Assembly: GCA_951406725.2 (NCBI GenBank)
Contig: OX597816.1
Coordinates: 174,158,001 to 174,222,000, forward strand
Direction: 5' to 3'
From: Octopus vulgaris
Lineage: Eukaryota
DNA length: 64,000 nucleotides
Positions 14,177 through 28,761 of this stretch are shown piece by piece. The notes below the pieces were generated by a model. The model did not search any database, was not told the origin of the DNA, and saw only the letters and a program-made list of their open reading frames with translations. The first letter of the stretch is position 1; every line of letters begins with the position of its first letter. The position numbers were made by a program, and so were the translations under genes.

Positions 14177-14323
14177 ATTTATTTTATAGAAGGAGCTTTA
14201 CAGGACTAGAACTGTTTCATTCAAATGAAATCATCAGGAAGCTTGCTGTCAAAAAAGCTTCCTGATGATTTCATTTGAATGAAACAGTTCTAGTCCTGTA
14301 GAAGCTCCTTCTATAAAATAAAT
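14177..14323. repeat. Inverted repeat, ~68-bp arms, each carrying a hammerhead motif
   Basis: 14177-14244 is the reverse complement of 14255-14323; ~10-nt spacer. Confidence 0.92.
14256..14306 (+). ncRNA. Type I hammerhead ribozyme
   Basis: Stem I AGCTTC/GAAGCT, CTGATGA, weak stem II TTC/GAA, GAAA, stem III ACAG/CTGT, cleavage triplet GTA ending at 14300. Confidence 0.7.
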
Positions 14324-14396
14324 TAATTTACTCTGCTATGTATTGAGTACCTTATTTACTGTGGTTAACCCCGACTCAACCCAGGACCTACATATT

Positions 14397-14468
<72 letters not shown>

Positions 14469-14470
14469 TA

Positions 14471-14747
14471 AACTTAGATGAACTTAGATATGTTTCGACC
14501 AAAGATTGGTCCTGTCCATGTCTAACTTAATAGCACCACCTGATAGGTTTATCTAAATCCTGTTTAAGTCAAGTTTTGTTTGTGGTCCATTCAAGTAGTG
14601 AGTTTTTGTTGGGTGAGTTGTATCCAATTATGGGTGGCTTATCTGGTATTCCTTGAAGGAATCTATCCAGATTCCGTTTAAAGTTGATGGGATCCTTTTC
14701 CTCTTTGATCTCTTTCGGGACAATATTAAATAGAGCAGGGCCTGTTG
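14471..14747 (-). mobile_element. CR1-group LINE 3' end (different subfamily)
   Basis: GPALFNIVPKEI..FKRNLDRFLQGIPDKP..NSLLEW; tail GGTGGTGC..CATGG..GAAAC plus repeated ATCTAAGTT. Confidence 0.8.
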
Positions 14748-14866
14748 AAACTCAGAGTAATAGGTTTTGTTGAATTTTCTGCTGCTTTTAAATAAAGCAT
14801 ATTACTCTACCACTGGTATTTGAGTACTCTTTTTTCCACCTTGTTTCACATTTATGTGTTTACTCC

Positions 14867-14868
<2 letters not shown>
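14748..14868 (+). mobile_element. PLE pLTR 3' fragment
   Basis: Starts GAAAC..GTA (hammerhead 3' half), contains AATAAA, ends at (TA)n. Confidence 0.55.
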
Positions 14869-14903
<35 letters not shown>

Positions 14904-15012
14904 TATATACATATATCGTGTACATACATTATATATATATTGTGTACATACACAGTACATACATATATACATATATACAGTACATACATATATATATATA
15001 TATAGTGTATAT

Positions 15013-15047
<35 letters not shown>

Positions 15048-15067
15048 ATGTATATACATATACATAT

Positions 15068-18026
15068 GTATCATCATCATCGTTTAACGTCCGTTTTCCG
15101 TGCTAGCACGGATTGGACGGTTCAACCGGGTTCTGGGAAGCCAGCAGGCTGCACCAGGCTCCAGTCTGATCTGGCAGTGTTTCTACAGCTGGATGCCCTT
15201 CCTAACGCCAACCACTCCGTGAGTGTAGTGGGTGCTTTTTACGTGCCACCGGCACAGGTGCCAGGGGAGTCTGGCAGCAGCCACGATTGGTTGGTGCTTT
15301 TTACGTGCCACTGGTACAGAAGCCAGTTGAGGCGGTGCTGGCATCGGCCACATTCGGATGGTGCTTTTTATGTGTCACCGGCACAGGTATCACAACTACT
15401 ATTTCCATTGATATTTATTTCGATGTTCATGTACTTGACTCAATAGGACTCCTCCAACACAGCGGATTGTTCTGAAATCCAAGGTACTTTGAATGGGCAG
15501 GGGCTATGCGGAACTGGTGCAGGAAACAGCCCGGGTCTTTGCAGTCACAGCATATCTCCAGAGATCTCGGTCCTTCGTCATTGCCTCTGTGAGGCCCAAC
15601 GCTCTGAGGTCATGCTTGACTACTTCATCCCATGTCTTCCTGGGTCTACCTCTCCCCCTGATACCTTCAACTGTTTGGGAGAGGCACTTCTTCACACATC
15701 TCTCCTCATCCATCCGCAGTACATGACCATACCATCGCAAGCGTCACCCTTGCACACCACATCTGATGCTTCTTATGTCCAGCATTTCTCTCAGGGTGCT
15801 TACACTCTGTCGTGCGCTCACACTGACATTACACATCCAGCAGATCATCTTAGCTTCATTTCTTTCAAGTCTACACATGTCCTCTGCAGTCACAGCCCAT
15901 GTTTCACTACCGTGAAGCATGGCAGTTCGCACACATGCATCATACAATCTACCTTTCACTCTGAGCGAGAGACCCTTTGTCGCCAGTAGGGGTAGGAGCT
16001 TTCTAAACTTTGCCCAGGTTATTCGTATTCTAGTGGTGATACTCTCTGAGCATCCACCTCCACTACTAACTTGGTCACCTAGGTAGCGGAAACTATCAAC
16101 TACTTCTAGTTTCTCCCCCTGGAGTGTGATGGAATCTGTTTTCTGAGTATCTGTGATGTCTATTGTCCCTGTGCATCTGCCGCTCATGAAAGCTATCTTA
16201 TCAGTTAATTTCCCTTTGATGTTGCTGCACCTCTTATGCGTCCATAGCTTACACTGGGTACATCTTATAGAGTTTCTACCTACACCTTTCCTACAGATCG
16301 AGCAGAGCCACCTGCCCGAGGGGGGGTGTGCTGAGTTCGCCTTTCTGCTTACTATCACTTTGGTCTTTGCTACATTTATTCTAAGGCCCTTTGATTCTAA
16401 ACCTTGCTTCCACACCCGAAATTTCTTTTCTAGTTCCGGTAGTGATTCTGCTATGAGAGCCAGGTCATCAGCATAGAGGAGCTCCCAGGGGCAACCTGTT
16501 TTGAATTCCCCTGTTATTGCCTGGAGGACTATGATGAATAAAAGGAGACTGAGGGCTGAACCTTGGTGTACACCTACTTCTACCCGGAATTTTTCACTAT
16601 ATTCGTTGCCAATCCTAACCTTGCTGACAGCCTCTCTGTATAGCCCTTATTAGCCATTCGTCAATCTCCAGTTTCCGCATCGACCACCAGATAAGGGATC
16701 GGGGGACCCTGTCAAAGGCTTTCTCCAAGTCCACAAAAGCTATGTAGAGGGGTTTATCTTTAGCTAGGTACTTCTCCTGCAGTTGTCGGACCAGGAATAT
16801 AGCATCGGTGGTGCTTCTACCTGGCACAAAACTGAACTGCATCTCATCTAAGCAAATTCTCTCCCTAATGAGATGGGTTATGACCCTCTCTATGACCTTC
16901 ATCACCTGATCCAACAGTTTAATACCCCTGTAGTTATTTCTATCTAGAGCATCACCTTTACCCTTGTAGCAGTTGACTATGGTGCTGCTACGCCAGTCAT
17001 CGGGTATGACTCCATTATGAACTACCTGGTTTACAATGCGGGTGACTAGGCCATAGCCCACACCACCAGATGTTTTAAGCATCTCAACAGTGATTCCTGA
17101 TGGGCCGGGGGCTTTACCTGGTTTCATACCCTTAATTGCCTTAACTACAAGGGAGCTGTCTATTCGGATAGCTGGTCCCTCTACTGGGTCAACATTTGAC
17201 AGGCTCGCCTCCTCCCATTCAGCAGTCTTTCATAATGGCTTCTCCAAGCCTCTTTCTTTTCACCATTATTAAAAGCAAGTGCCCCATCATCCATGCAGAC
17301 ACATTTCTCTCCTGTAACATCACTATTTTCTCTCACACACTGTCTAGCAATCCAAAATACCTCGGTTCTTTGGTCCTCACGTCGCTGGACATTGGCAAAC
17401 TTCTTCTTTTCTGTTACATCTTTGGCTATGTATACCTGCCGCCCAGCCTCCCTTTTGGCTACCTGGTACAGTTCCCTGCTACCCCCATCCCTCCATGCTT
17501 TCCAGGTCTATTTCTTTGCACTAATGGCTTTGTCTACTGTACTATTCCACCACCACATAACTCTAGGTCTGGAAGGGACTTTGCACCATCCACAGACTTG
17601 GTCTGTGGCACTCAGCAAGCTGTCCCGTAGGAATTTCCAGCTACTTCCTATGTCCGACGTCTGTAGCTCCTCCTCCCTCTCATCAAATTTCTTGATGAGG
17701 ATGTCCCTAAATCTCTGACCATGTGAAGGGTTCTTTAGCTTCCAAATCCTTCTTTTCTGGATTGGTCTGTTTCTTGGTATCCTTCTGGTCTCAAGCCTAA
17801 AGTCACTAATGATTAGCCTATGCTGAGGGATACATTCTTCACCCAGGAGGGACTTTGTATTTAAGAGCAACCCTGCATCCCGCTGTCTGGTGAGGATGAA
17901 GTCTATTTGGCTAGCGGACTCCCCTGACTGATAGGTTATAAGATGGCAGTCTGGCTTCCTGAAGTTAGTGTTGCAGATTAAAAGGTTACATGCATCACAG
18001 AATTCCAGTAGTCTAGTTCCCTCACA
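15068..18026 (-). mobile_element. RTE LINE, 5'-truncated, with 3' UTR and (GAT)n tail
   Basis: Endonuclease end (ICNTNF, SQIDFIL), RT (FVDLEKAFDRV, LLYADDL), PHD-like insert, LRWYGHV..RGRPRKTW. Confidence 0.95.
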
Positions 18027-18051
18027 TATGTATATATAATGTATAAACATA

Positions 18052-18091
<40 letters not shown>

Positions 18092-18096
<5 letters not shown>

Positions 18097-18208
18097 TCCC
18101 AGTTTCTGTCTACTAGATCCATTCACAAGGCTCTGGTCAGCCCAAGGCTAAGACAGTTGCTTAGGTGCCAAGCAAGTGGGAATGAACCAAGAATCATGTG
18201 GTTGGGAA
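18092..18208 (-). mobile_element. SINE head fragment
   Basis: Diverged reverse complement of the SINE 5' part. Confidence 0.6.
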
Positions 18209-18249
<41 letters not shown>

Positions 18250-18609
18250 ATATATATACATAAAAATTATAAATATATACATATATATATATATATATAC
18301 ATATATATTATATACATATATATTGTATATATATATAAATTATAAATATATACATATATATATATATATACATATATATTATATATATATATACATATAT
18401 ATTATATACATATATACATATATAATATATATATATATACATATATAAATATATATATATATACATATATAATATATATATATACATATATAATATATAT
18501 ATATATACATATATACATATACATATATATACATATATATATACATATATATATACCCATATATATATATATATATACATGTATATATATATATATATAT
18601 ATAACATTA

Positions 18610-19563
18610 TATCGACTGGCCTCTATATATATATATATATAACAAACACCATCCGATCGTGGCCGTCCGCCAGCCTCATCTGGCACCTGTGTCGGTGGCA
18701 CATAAAAACACCAACCGAAGACCCGGCAAGACTAGTCAGGCCATAACCCGTGGCCCCTACTTGGGACGTAGTCAGTCCACCTGTGCATACCTTCCTTCCT
18801 TCTTGTGACACTTGTGAAGACCTGTGAAGGCAAGTGAAAATCAAATCAAATCAAATCAAAATAGATGAACATCAATGGAATTTGTATCTTTGTGGTACCA
18901 GTGCCGGTGGCACACAAGAAAACCATCCGAACGTGGCCGTAGCCAGTACCGCATCGACTGGCCTCCGTGCTGTGGGCACGCAACAAACACCATCCGATCG
19001 TGGCCGTTCGCCAGCCTCATCTGGCACCTGTGTCGGTGGCACATAAAAACACCATCCGAAGACCCGGCAAGACTAGTCAGGCCATAACCCGTGGCCCCTA
19101 CCTGGGACGTAGTCAGTCCACCTGAATGGAATTTGTATCTTTGTGGTACCAGTGCCGGTGGCACACAAGAAAATCATCCGAACGTGGCCGTAGCCAGTAC
19201 CGCATAGACTGGCCTCCGTGCTTTGGGGACGTAACAAACACCATCCGATCGTGGCCGTCCGCCAGCCTCATCTGGCACCTGTGTCGGTGGCACATAAAAA
19301 CACCATCCGAGCGTGGCCGTCTGCCAGCCTCGTCTGGCACCTGTGTCGGTGGCACATAAAAACACCATCCGAGCGTGGCCGTTCGCCAGCCTCGTCTGGC
19401 ACCTGTGTCGGTGGCACATAAAATCACCCACTACACTCTCGGAGTGGTTGGCGTTAGGAAGGGCATCCAGCTGTAGAAACACTGCCAGATCTGACTGGCC
19501 TGGTGCAGCCTTCGGGCTCCCCAGACCCCAGTTGAACCGTCCAACCCATGCTAGCATGGAAAA
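18610..19563 (+). mobile_element. Non-coding RTE-tail-derived element with head-to-tail ~341-nt units and ~59-nt subrepeats
   Basis: Junction CCGA/AGACCCGGCAAG at ~18715 and ~19056; ends in the RTE terminal CCATGCTAGCATGG. Confidence 0.85.
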
Positions 19564-19577
19564 TAGATATATATGTG

Positions 19578-19663
<86 letters not shown>

Positions 19664-19723
19664 GATATATATATGTGTGTATATATATGTATATATATAG
19701 ATATATATGTATATATAGATATA

Positions 19724-19762
<39 letters not shown>

Positions 19763-19777
19763 AGATAAACTTATCTA

Positions 19778-20150
19778 GTGGCTGTGTGGTAAGTAGTTTG
19801 TAAGCCAACCACACGGTTCGCAGTTCAGTCCCACTGTGTGGCATCTTGGGTGAGTGTTCTATGCTATAGCCTCAAGCTGACCAATGCTGAGTGAATTTGG
19901 TAGACGGAAACTGAAAGAAGCCCGTCGCATATATATGTATGTGTGTGTAAGTTTGTGTGTCTGTGTTTGTCCCCATCGCTTGACAACCGATGCTGGTATG
20001 TTTACGCCCCCTATAACGTATTGGTTCGGCATAAGTGACCGATAGAATAAGTACTAGGCTTACAAAGAATAAGTCCTGGAGTCGATTTGCTCGACTAAAG
20101 GTGGTGCTCCAGCATGGACGCAGTTAAATGACTGAAACAAAAGAGTAAAA
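19778..20150 (+). mobile_element. tRNA/CORE SINE copy
   Basis: Same family as 1912-2308. Confidence 0.88.
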
Positions 20151-20232
<82 letters not shown>

Positions 20233-20234
<2 letters not shown>

Positions 20235-20401
20235 GCGCAGGAATGGGTGTATGGTAAGTAGCTTGCTTGCCAACCACATGGTTCCGGGTTCAGTCCCGCT
20301 ACGTGGCACTTTGGGCAAATTTTTTCTATTATAGCCTCAGGATGACCAAATGCCTTGTGAGTGGATTTGGTAGACAAAAACTGAAAGAAGCTCGTCGTGT
20401 A

Positions 20402-20443
<42 letters not shown>

Positions 20444-20466
20444 TACATATATATACATATATATAT

Positions 20467-20507
<41 letters not shown>

Positions 20508-20755
20508 CATATATATATATATATACATACATACATATATATATATATATACATATACATACATACATATATATATATATACATATACATACATACATAT
20601 ATATATATACATATACATACATACATATATATACATACACATACATACATATATATACATACATACATATACATACATACATATATATACATACATACAT
20701 ACATATATACATACATACATATATACATACATACATACATACATACATACATACA

Positions 20756-20793
<38 letters not shown>

Positions 20794-21006
20794 GTATATG
20801 TTTGTGTCTGTGTTTGTCCCTCTACAATTGCTTGACAACTGATGTGTGTTTACGTCCCCGTAACTCAGCGGCTCGGCAAAACAGACCGATAGAATAAGTA
20901 CTAGGCTTGCAAAGATTAAGTCCTGGGGTCGATTTGTTCGACTAAAGGCGTTGCTCCAGCATGGCCGCCGTCATATGACTGAAACAAATGAGTAGAGTAA
21001 AAGAGT
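20233..21006 (+). mobile_element. tRNA/CORE SINE copy with ~390-bp expanded central microsatellite
   Basis: Head 20233-20400, (TA/TACA)n to ~20790, tail to ~21006. Confidence 0.88.
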
Positions 21007-21593
21007 ATCGTACCTTTGTGTGTGTGTGTGTGTGTGTGCACGCGCGAGCACTGGAGAGAAATATGAGGGACTGAGTGTATAAAGGTTTTAGAAAATAATT
21101 GTTGGTGTTCTTGTAGAGAGAAAGGTAATTTCTACTTGCAGGTCCTGCTATTGCTTACGTTTAAGTGTTACTTGTGGTGGTTGACGAGACAGCAATTCAC
21201 ACTGGGATCGAATCCACTCTGGGGAAGCAGAGTGTTTGTTTTTGCTTCACCTTTTTTTTGTTTTTATTGATTATGAAGCTTCGTAGAGAGAAGAAAAAGA
21301 ATGTATGGATAGATACTTATGTGTGCGGTTATCATCTATAACCAGGGTTGATTTATGAACTACCATTATATTTGGTGTACTCACTGATGCTTTTTTATAT
21401 ATGGATATGCGAGTGAGTACCTTCGAAAAATTTGCATTTGCAAGTGTATCAAATATTAACATAATACACAGGCAATCATATGTATAAAGTATATAAAACA
21501 CCTGAATTTCTATATAATATCCAATAGTTTCTTGGGTACCTACATCAGAAAAACCTCCATGTATACATACTCAAACCACTCTGTCCCACCCCC

Positions 21594-23948
<2,355 letters not shown>

Positions 23949-24254
23949 AATGCCACTATAAAGGCAGAAGTGAGGGGAAATAAGAGCAGTAGTAGAAGAT
24001 GGAGGTATGTCATGTAGTATTCTCTTCTGAGGTAGTAGGGTTCTGATGATTTGTGTTTAGTGTAATTATATGTAAACTTGATGGCTTTTTGTAAGGTTAT
24101 ATCGGTTGTAGTGTAGTTACTTTTTGTGGTGAAGGTAGTAAATGATGTGAACGACCACGGTTAAAGATGATTATGATGGTATTATGGAGGAGAACGTTGT
24201 GATGGTGATCAATAGAGTATGGTGAGATGGGGGCAGCAGTATCATCAACAATAA

Positions 24255-24570
24255 TGGTTTCTGATTCAGACACAAAGCCAGCAATTTTGAGGGGAGGGTC
24301 TTGGTTGAAACCATCGATCCCAGTACTTGACTGAACTGATACTTTATTTTATCGAACCCGAAAGGAAGAAAGATAAAAATTGACTCCAGTGGAATTTGAA
24401 CTCAGATCAAAAAGACCTCATTGACAACAATAATATATTTCTTTACTACCCACAGGGGGGGACAAACAAGGACGGACAAAGGGATTGAGTCGATTACATC
24501 GACCCCCAGTGCGAAACTGGTACTTTATTTATCGACCCCCCGAGAGGATGAAAGGCAAAGTCGACAAAGG
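24255..24570 (-). mobile_element. Old SINE fragments (Meta-domain-like)
   Basis: Minus strand has CCTTTCATCCT..GGGGTCGATAAATAAAGTACCAG..CTGGGGGTCGAT-like motifs twice. More degenerate copies at ~25535-26100. Confidence 0.6.
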
Positions 24571-24780
24571 ATGTAATGCTTTATATATGATGTTGGTGGT
24601 GGATGTAGTTGTACGGGTTGTGATGATGAATGAAGGAGTGATGGTCGCGCGGACGAAGGCAGAGACGAGCGAATGGCGAATCAAGTGAATATATTAGTTA
24701 TGAATGCGTTGGAACAAGCAACTTGTATGTTTGTATTTGGTATAATAAATATGTGAGTGTAGTTGGTTGTATTAGCTTAC

Positions 24781-24853
24781 CTTGAACAGTGTGTCCTATG
24801 AGCGACAGGCACAATACACATGGTAACAAGAGCCAGTAACGGTACTTCCACAT
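24781..24853 (-). CDS. Putative first coding exon of a host gene; signal peptide MWKYRYWLLLPCVLCLSLIGHTVQ(G), phase-1 intron
   Basis: Minus strand reads gccATG at 24853, 24 codons with a basic n-region and hydrophobic h-region, then consensus donor CAAG|GTAAG at 24781/24780. It lies in non-repetitive sequence. No downstream exon was recognised in the window. Confidence 0.65.
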
Positions 24854-25140
24854 GGCATCAGTGGATGTCGGGTGGCCTTAGCTGCCAACTGCAGCTTCTT
24901 TTAGCCACGGTTGGGGAGCTGACACACCACAATAAGAGAGTGATACAACAAACAGGATGGACAAAACAGACTGACTGACTGGTGTTAGGTTGGAAATCCG
25001 AAATCGAAGCGTGTCGGGTGTGAGTGATGTCGAGTATGACGACGAGTGCTGTCGAGTTTAGTGTGAGTGATGCTGAGTGTTGTGTGTGTGTGTGATGAAT
25101 ACTCATGTGTGTATGTATGTATATGTGTGTAGACTGACTA
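24854..25140 (-). promoter_or_regulatory. Candidate 5' UTR and initiator region of the signal-peptide gene
   Basis: Inr-like TCAGTCT on the minus strand at ~25131-25137 and TCAGTC repeats at ~24968-24980. The stretch looks relatively CpG-rich and is non-repetitive. TSS is inferred only. Confidence 0.35.
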
Positions 25141-26272
25141 GAGGGATGCTGAGCACGAGATGAAGGAGGAAGAAAGACTACAACGATGGTGATGGTGAGG
25201 GGGGCGGTGATGCTGGTAGTAGCGGAAACGAAAATGATGTTTGTTGGTGGGAGGAGTAGGAAGAGGGTGAGGACAAGTTGTAGGAGGAAAGAAGAGAAGG
25301 TGAAGATGGTGAGGAAATTTATTATATTGAAATGCCATCAGCAGCAGCAGCAGGTTGAGTCGAGTAAGGACTGTGAGGAGGAGAGAATAAAGAATAAAAA
25401 TAGCAGTACTGGTGGGAGGTAGCTAGGTGGGGGAGATTAAATATGGTAGGCGCTGGAAGAAATTCTAGCCAGACTAGCATTAGAGGTAGTAAACAGTATT
25501 ACTGAGTGGTATTAGTAGTGGAGCAGTACAGAGCAAAAATCGGTAGACAAAAATACATCGTAATGTTTTTAGTTACGCTCTGAGTTCATCTCTTACTAAT
25601 GTTGACTGCCTTTCTTCTTTCTAGGGTTCGATAAGTAGCAGTCACAGTCAAATACTGGGGTAATCTCATCAGTTTTTGCCCTCCCCCACCAATAAAAATG
25701 TTTGCTATTTCGCTCACATCAGAAATCATTATTTTAGTGGCGAATTGTGCTTTGTGGTATTTAGTTACGTCCCTTTACATCCTCAGTTCAAGTCCCCACC
25801 CCCCAGTGTCGAATTTATTTTTGCATCCTTTGGGGATTCATCATAGGAAAAACTAGTTCCTTTCTTCCATCACAATTTTTGGTTCTTGCACCACAGTTAT
25901 TACTGAACCATTAAAACAACAAATGAAATGTTTTGCTATATTTAATCCCCTCCCTTTACGCTCGCTTTGTTCAAACCCCCAACGAGGTTATTTTCCCTTT
26001 CATCCTTCAGAAGTAGATAAAATAAAGTGTTGGTCAAGCACTGAGGTCGTTTTAATTGACGGTTCCCTCTCCAATCAAACCTGTGGCCTTTAGCATATGT
26101 TAGGTTGTTGTTGTTAGCACCATAATAATAACTGCAGTAGCAGCTACAATGGTACATAGTAGTAGGAATAAGTGGATACAAGCAATATCAATAACAGCAG
26201 TCATACCAATACGTTCGCAAGCTTTATAGTTAATAACGTAAGAATGGTGTTGTATTGTACATTATATATATA

Positions 26273-26651
26273 CTTGCAGTATCGCCCGGCATTGCTCGGG
26301 TTTGTAAGGGAAATAACTATAAAGCATTTTTAGAGAGTTATAGCAAAAAAATGCATTAAAAATGGAAAAAAAATGATGGTAAATTTTTTTTTTTAATCGT
26401 TGACTCATCGTAGACATTTTTAGAGAGTTACGTCCCTTATATAATAGCGATAAAATGCATCAAAATGGAAAAAAATGATGGTAAATTATTTTTAAAATCA
26501 TAGACTCATCGTAGACGCGCGCTAATACCCAGAAGGGCTCAATATGAATCACGACTATAAGATATGGTTAAACTGCACCGCAAAATGTGGGAGTAGTTAG
26601 GAATCTAAATCGAAGGAGACAGACACACAACTTCACTTTTATATATAAAGA
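26273..26651 (-). mobile_element. Non-autonomous Helitron, copy 1
   Basis: 5' TC; 3' hairpin CCCGAGCAATGCCGGG; CTAG mutated to CAAG. Confidence 0.88.
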
Positions 26652-27289
26652 TATATATACACACACACTGTATGTATATTTTTTCATCACACACAACACA
26701 CATGCTGGTCTAGCGGCAACATTAATATTTAATTAGGAAAAACTCGATACAGATAATTAATTTCGAGCATTTTATATTTTATTGTGCGTGGAATAAAAAG
26801 ATATGGGAGACCGATTAGATAGGCGAGAAACTAGCCACGATTAACGCATTTAAGACTGCATTTTACGGTATAAACATAAACAATTGGAGCTACATAAAGA
26901 TTCTTTCGACACTATGTACACATAACATAGGTATTGTAATTTATTGTGTATGCTAAAATAGGTTATTACAATAAAAGAGCTGCTGTGTGCATGAATGAGC
27001 GTAAATGTTATGTTCGACTGAGTTGTTTCTGATGTTGATGGCCACAAATTTCAAAGGGAAGTGGAATGAGGAAATGTGGAGTTTAGTCCTTTTTCAAAGA
27101 ACCAATTCAGTCGATTTTGAAAAGGATCAACCAAACTGAACAGGGTAGGATTAGGACTTAGAGAGACCTTAAGAACTTACAAGAATTCAGTGCCTGTGTG
27201 TGTTAGCATGCGTGCGTGTTTGCGTGTGCTTGCGTGAGAGTGTGTGTGTGTGTGTGTGTAGCGCGCGCGCGCGGGGTATGTGTAAATAA

Positions 27290-27688
27290 TCTTTATATAT
27301 AAAAGTGGTTGTGTGCTGTCTGTCTCCTACGATTTAGATTCCTAACTACTCCCACATTTTGCAGTGCAGTTTAACCAAAACCGGGTATCTTATAGTCGTG
27401 ATTCATATCGAGCCCTTCTGGGTATTAGCGCGCGTCTACGAGGAGTCTACGATTTTAAAAAAATTTACCATGATTTTTTTCCATTTTAATGCATTTTTTT
27501 TGCTATTATATAAGGGAAGTAACTCTCTAAAAATGTCTACGATAAGTCAACGATTTTTAAAAAAATTTACCATCATTTTTTTTCCATTTTTAATGCATTT
27601 TTTTGCTAATTTTTGGTTATAACTCTCTAAAAATGCTTATATAGTTATTTCCCTTACAAACCCGAGCAACGCCGGGCGATACGGCTAG
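27290..27688 (+). mobile_element. Non-autonomous Helitron, copy 2
   Basis: A|TC...CCCGAGCAACGCCGGG..CTAG|T; no TSD. Confidence 0.92.
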
Positions 27689-28047
27689 TAACCCATAAAA
27701 TAAAACTTTACTTTTCGATAGGAAATAAAGTTGACTGGAAGATAGAAAGTGCTTATTTAAACTACAACTTTATATTTGAAAAATTGTCCCCTGCTTTTTT
27801 AATTTCTAAGACTTTGATCTGATCCTCATAGCTAATCTTACATAACAAATCTGCTTTCTTTATTTAGGAGAGATAAGGTATCCAGCCTGTCTTGTTGCGT
27901 AGTTATTCTGATGGGAATTTTAATACAACTGAGGTAATGAACGATCAACTGAGCAATTTAGTAATATTCAGGGTTTAAAATAAACGAAAGTTAATGTCTA
28001 TATTTGGGAAGACACAATATTGTCTTTTATAATAACTTTATAGAAGA

Positions 28048-28434
28048 CTAGCAGCACGGCGTTGCTCGGGTCTGTAAGGGAAATAACTATATAAGCATTT
28101 TTAGAGAGTTATAGCAAAAAAATGCATTAAAAATGGAAAAAAAATGATGGTAATTTTTTTTTTAAATCGTTGACTCATCGTAGACATTTTTAGAGAGTTA
28201 CTTCCCTTATATAATAGCGAAAAAAATGCATTAAAATGGAAAAAAATGATGGTAATTTTTTTTTTTAATCGTAGACTCATCGTAGACGCGCGCTTAATAC
28301 CCAGAAGGGCTCGATATGAATCACGACTATAAGATACCCGGCTTTGGTTAAACTGCACCGCAAAATGTGGGAGTAGTTAGGAATCTAAATCGTAGGAGAC
28401 AGACAGCACACAACCTCTCTTTTATATATAAAGA
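28048..28434 (-). mobile_element. Non-autonomous Helitron, copy 3
   Basis: Reverse complement of copy 2 with TC/CTAG termini. Confidence 0.9.
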
Positions 28435-28761
28435 CAATATTACTTTATAAAGTTCAGCATGACTGAATCTTGCTTTTACATTTTTTGTTGCCCATGTGAA
28501 TGAAGTTCTGCTATGTCTTAGTATGTTTCTTATTTCAGTTTCAATTTAATCCAACAATTGTTGTGAAAAGAGATGATTCAAAATATATTTCTTGGCATCC
28601 AATATACATCTAAAATTTCTGGTGCATTTCCATCATTGAGTGCCTTCTTTCTGATATCGTTGTGAGATTGAGGAGCCTTGTAATCAACATCTAGCATTTC
28701 CAGTCTTCTTCATTTTTTTTTTCTCAAATTCAGCACATGAAGTGCACTCTCTTTCAGTTAA

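Noticed and set aside
19230-19425. CRISPR-like regular repeats, also at 38110-38300
   Set aside because: Contiguous tandem units without unique spacers, inside a LINE-derived tail in eukaryotic DNA with no cas genes.
21271-21501. Candidate second exon of the host gene
   Set aside because: Weak acceptor, no recognisable protein motif and no clear donor.
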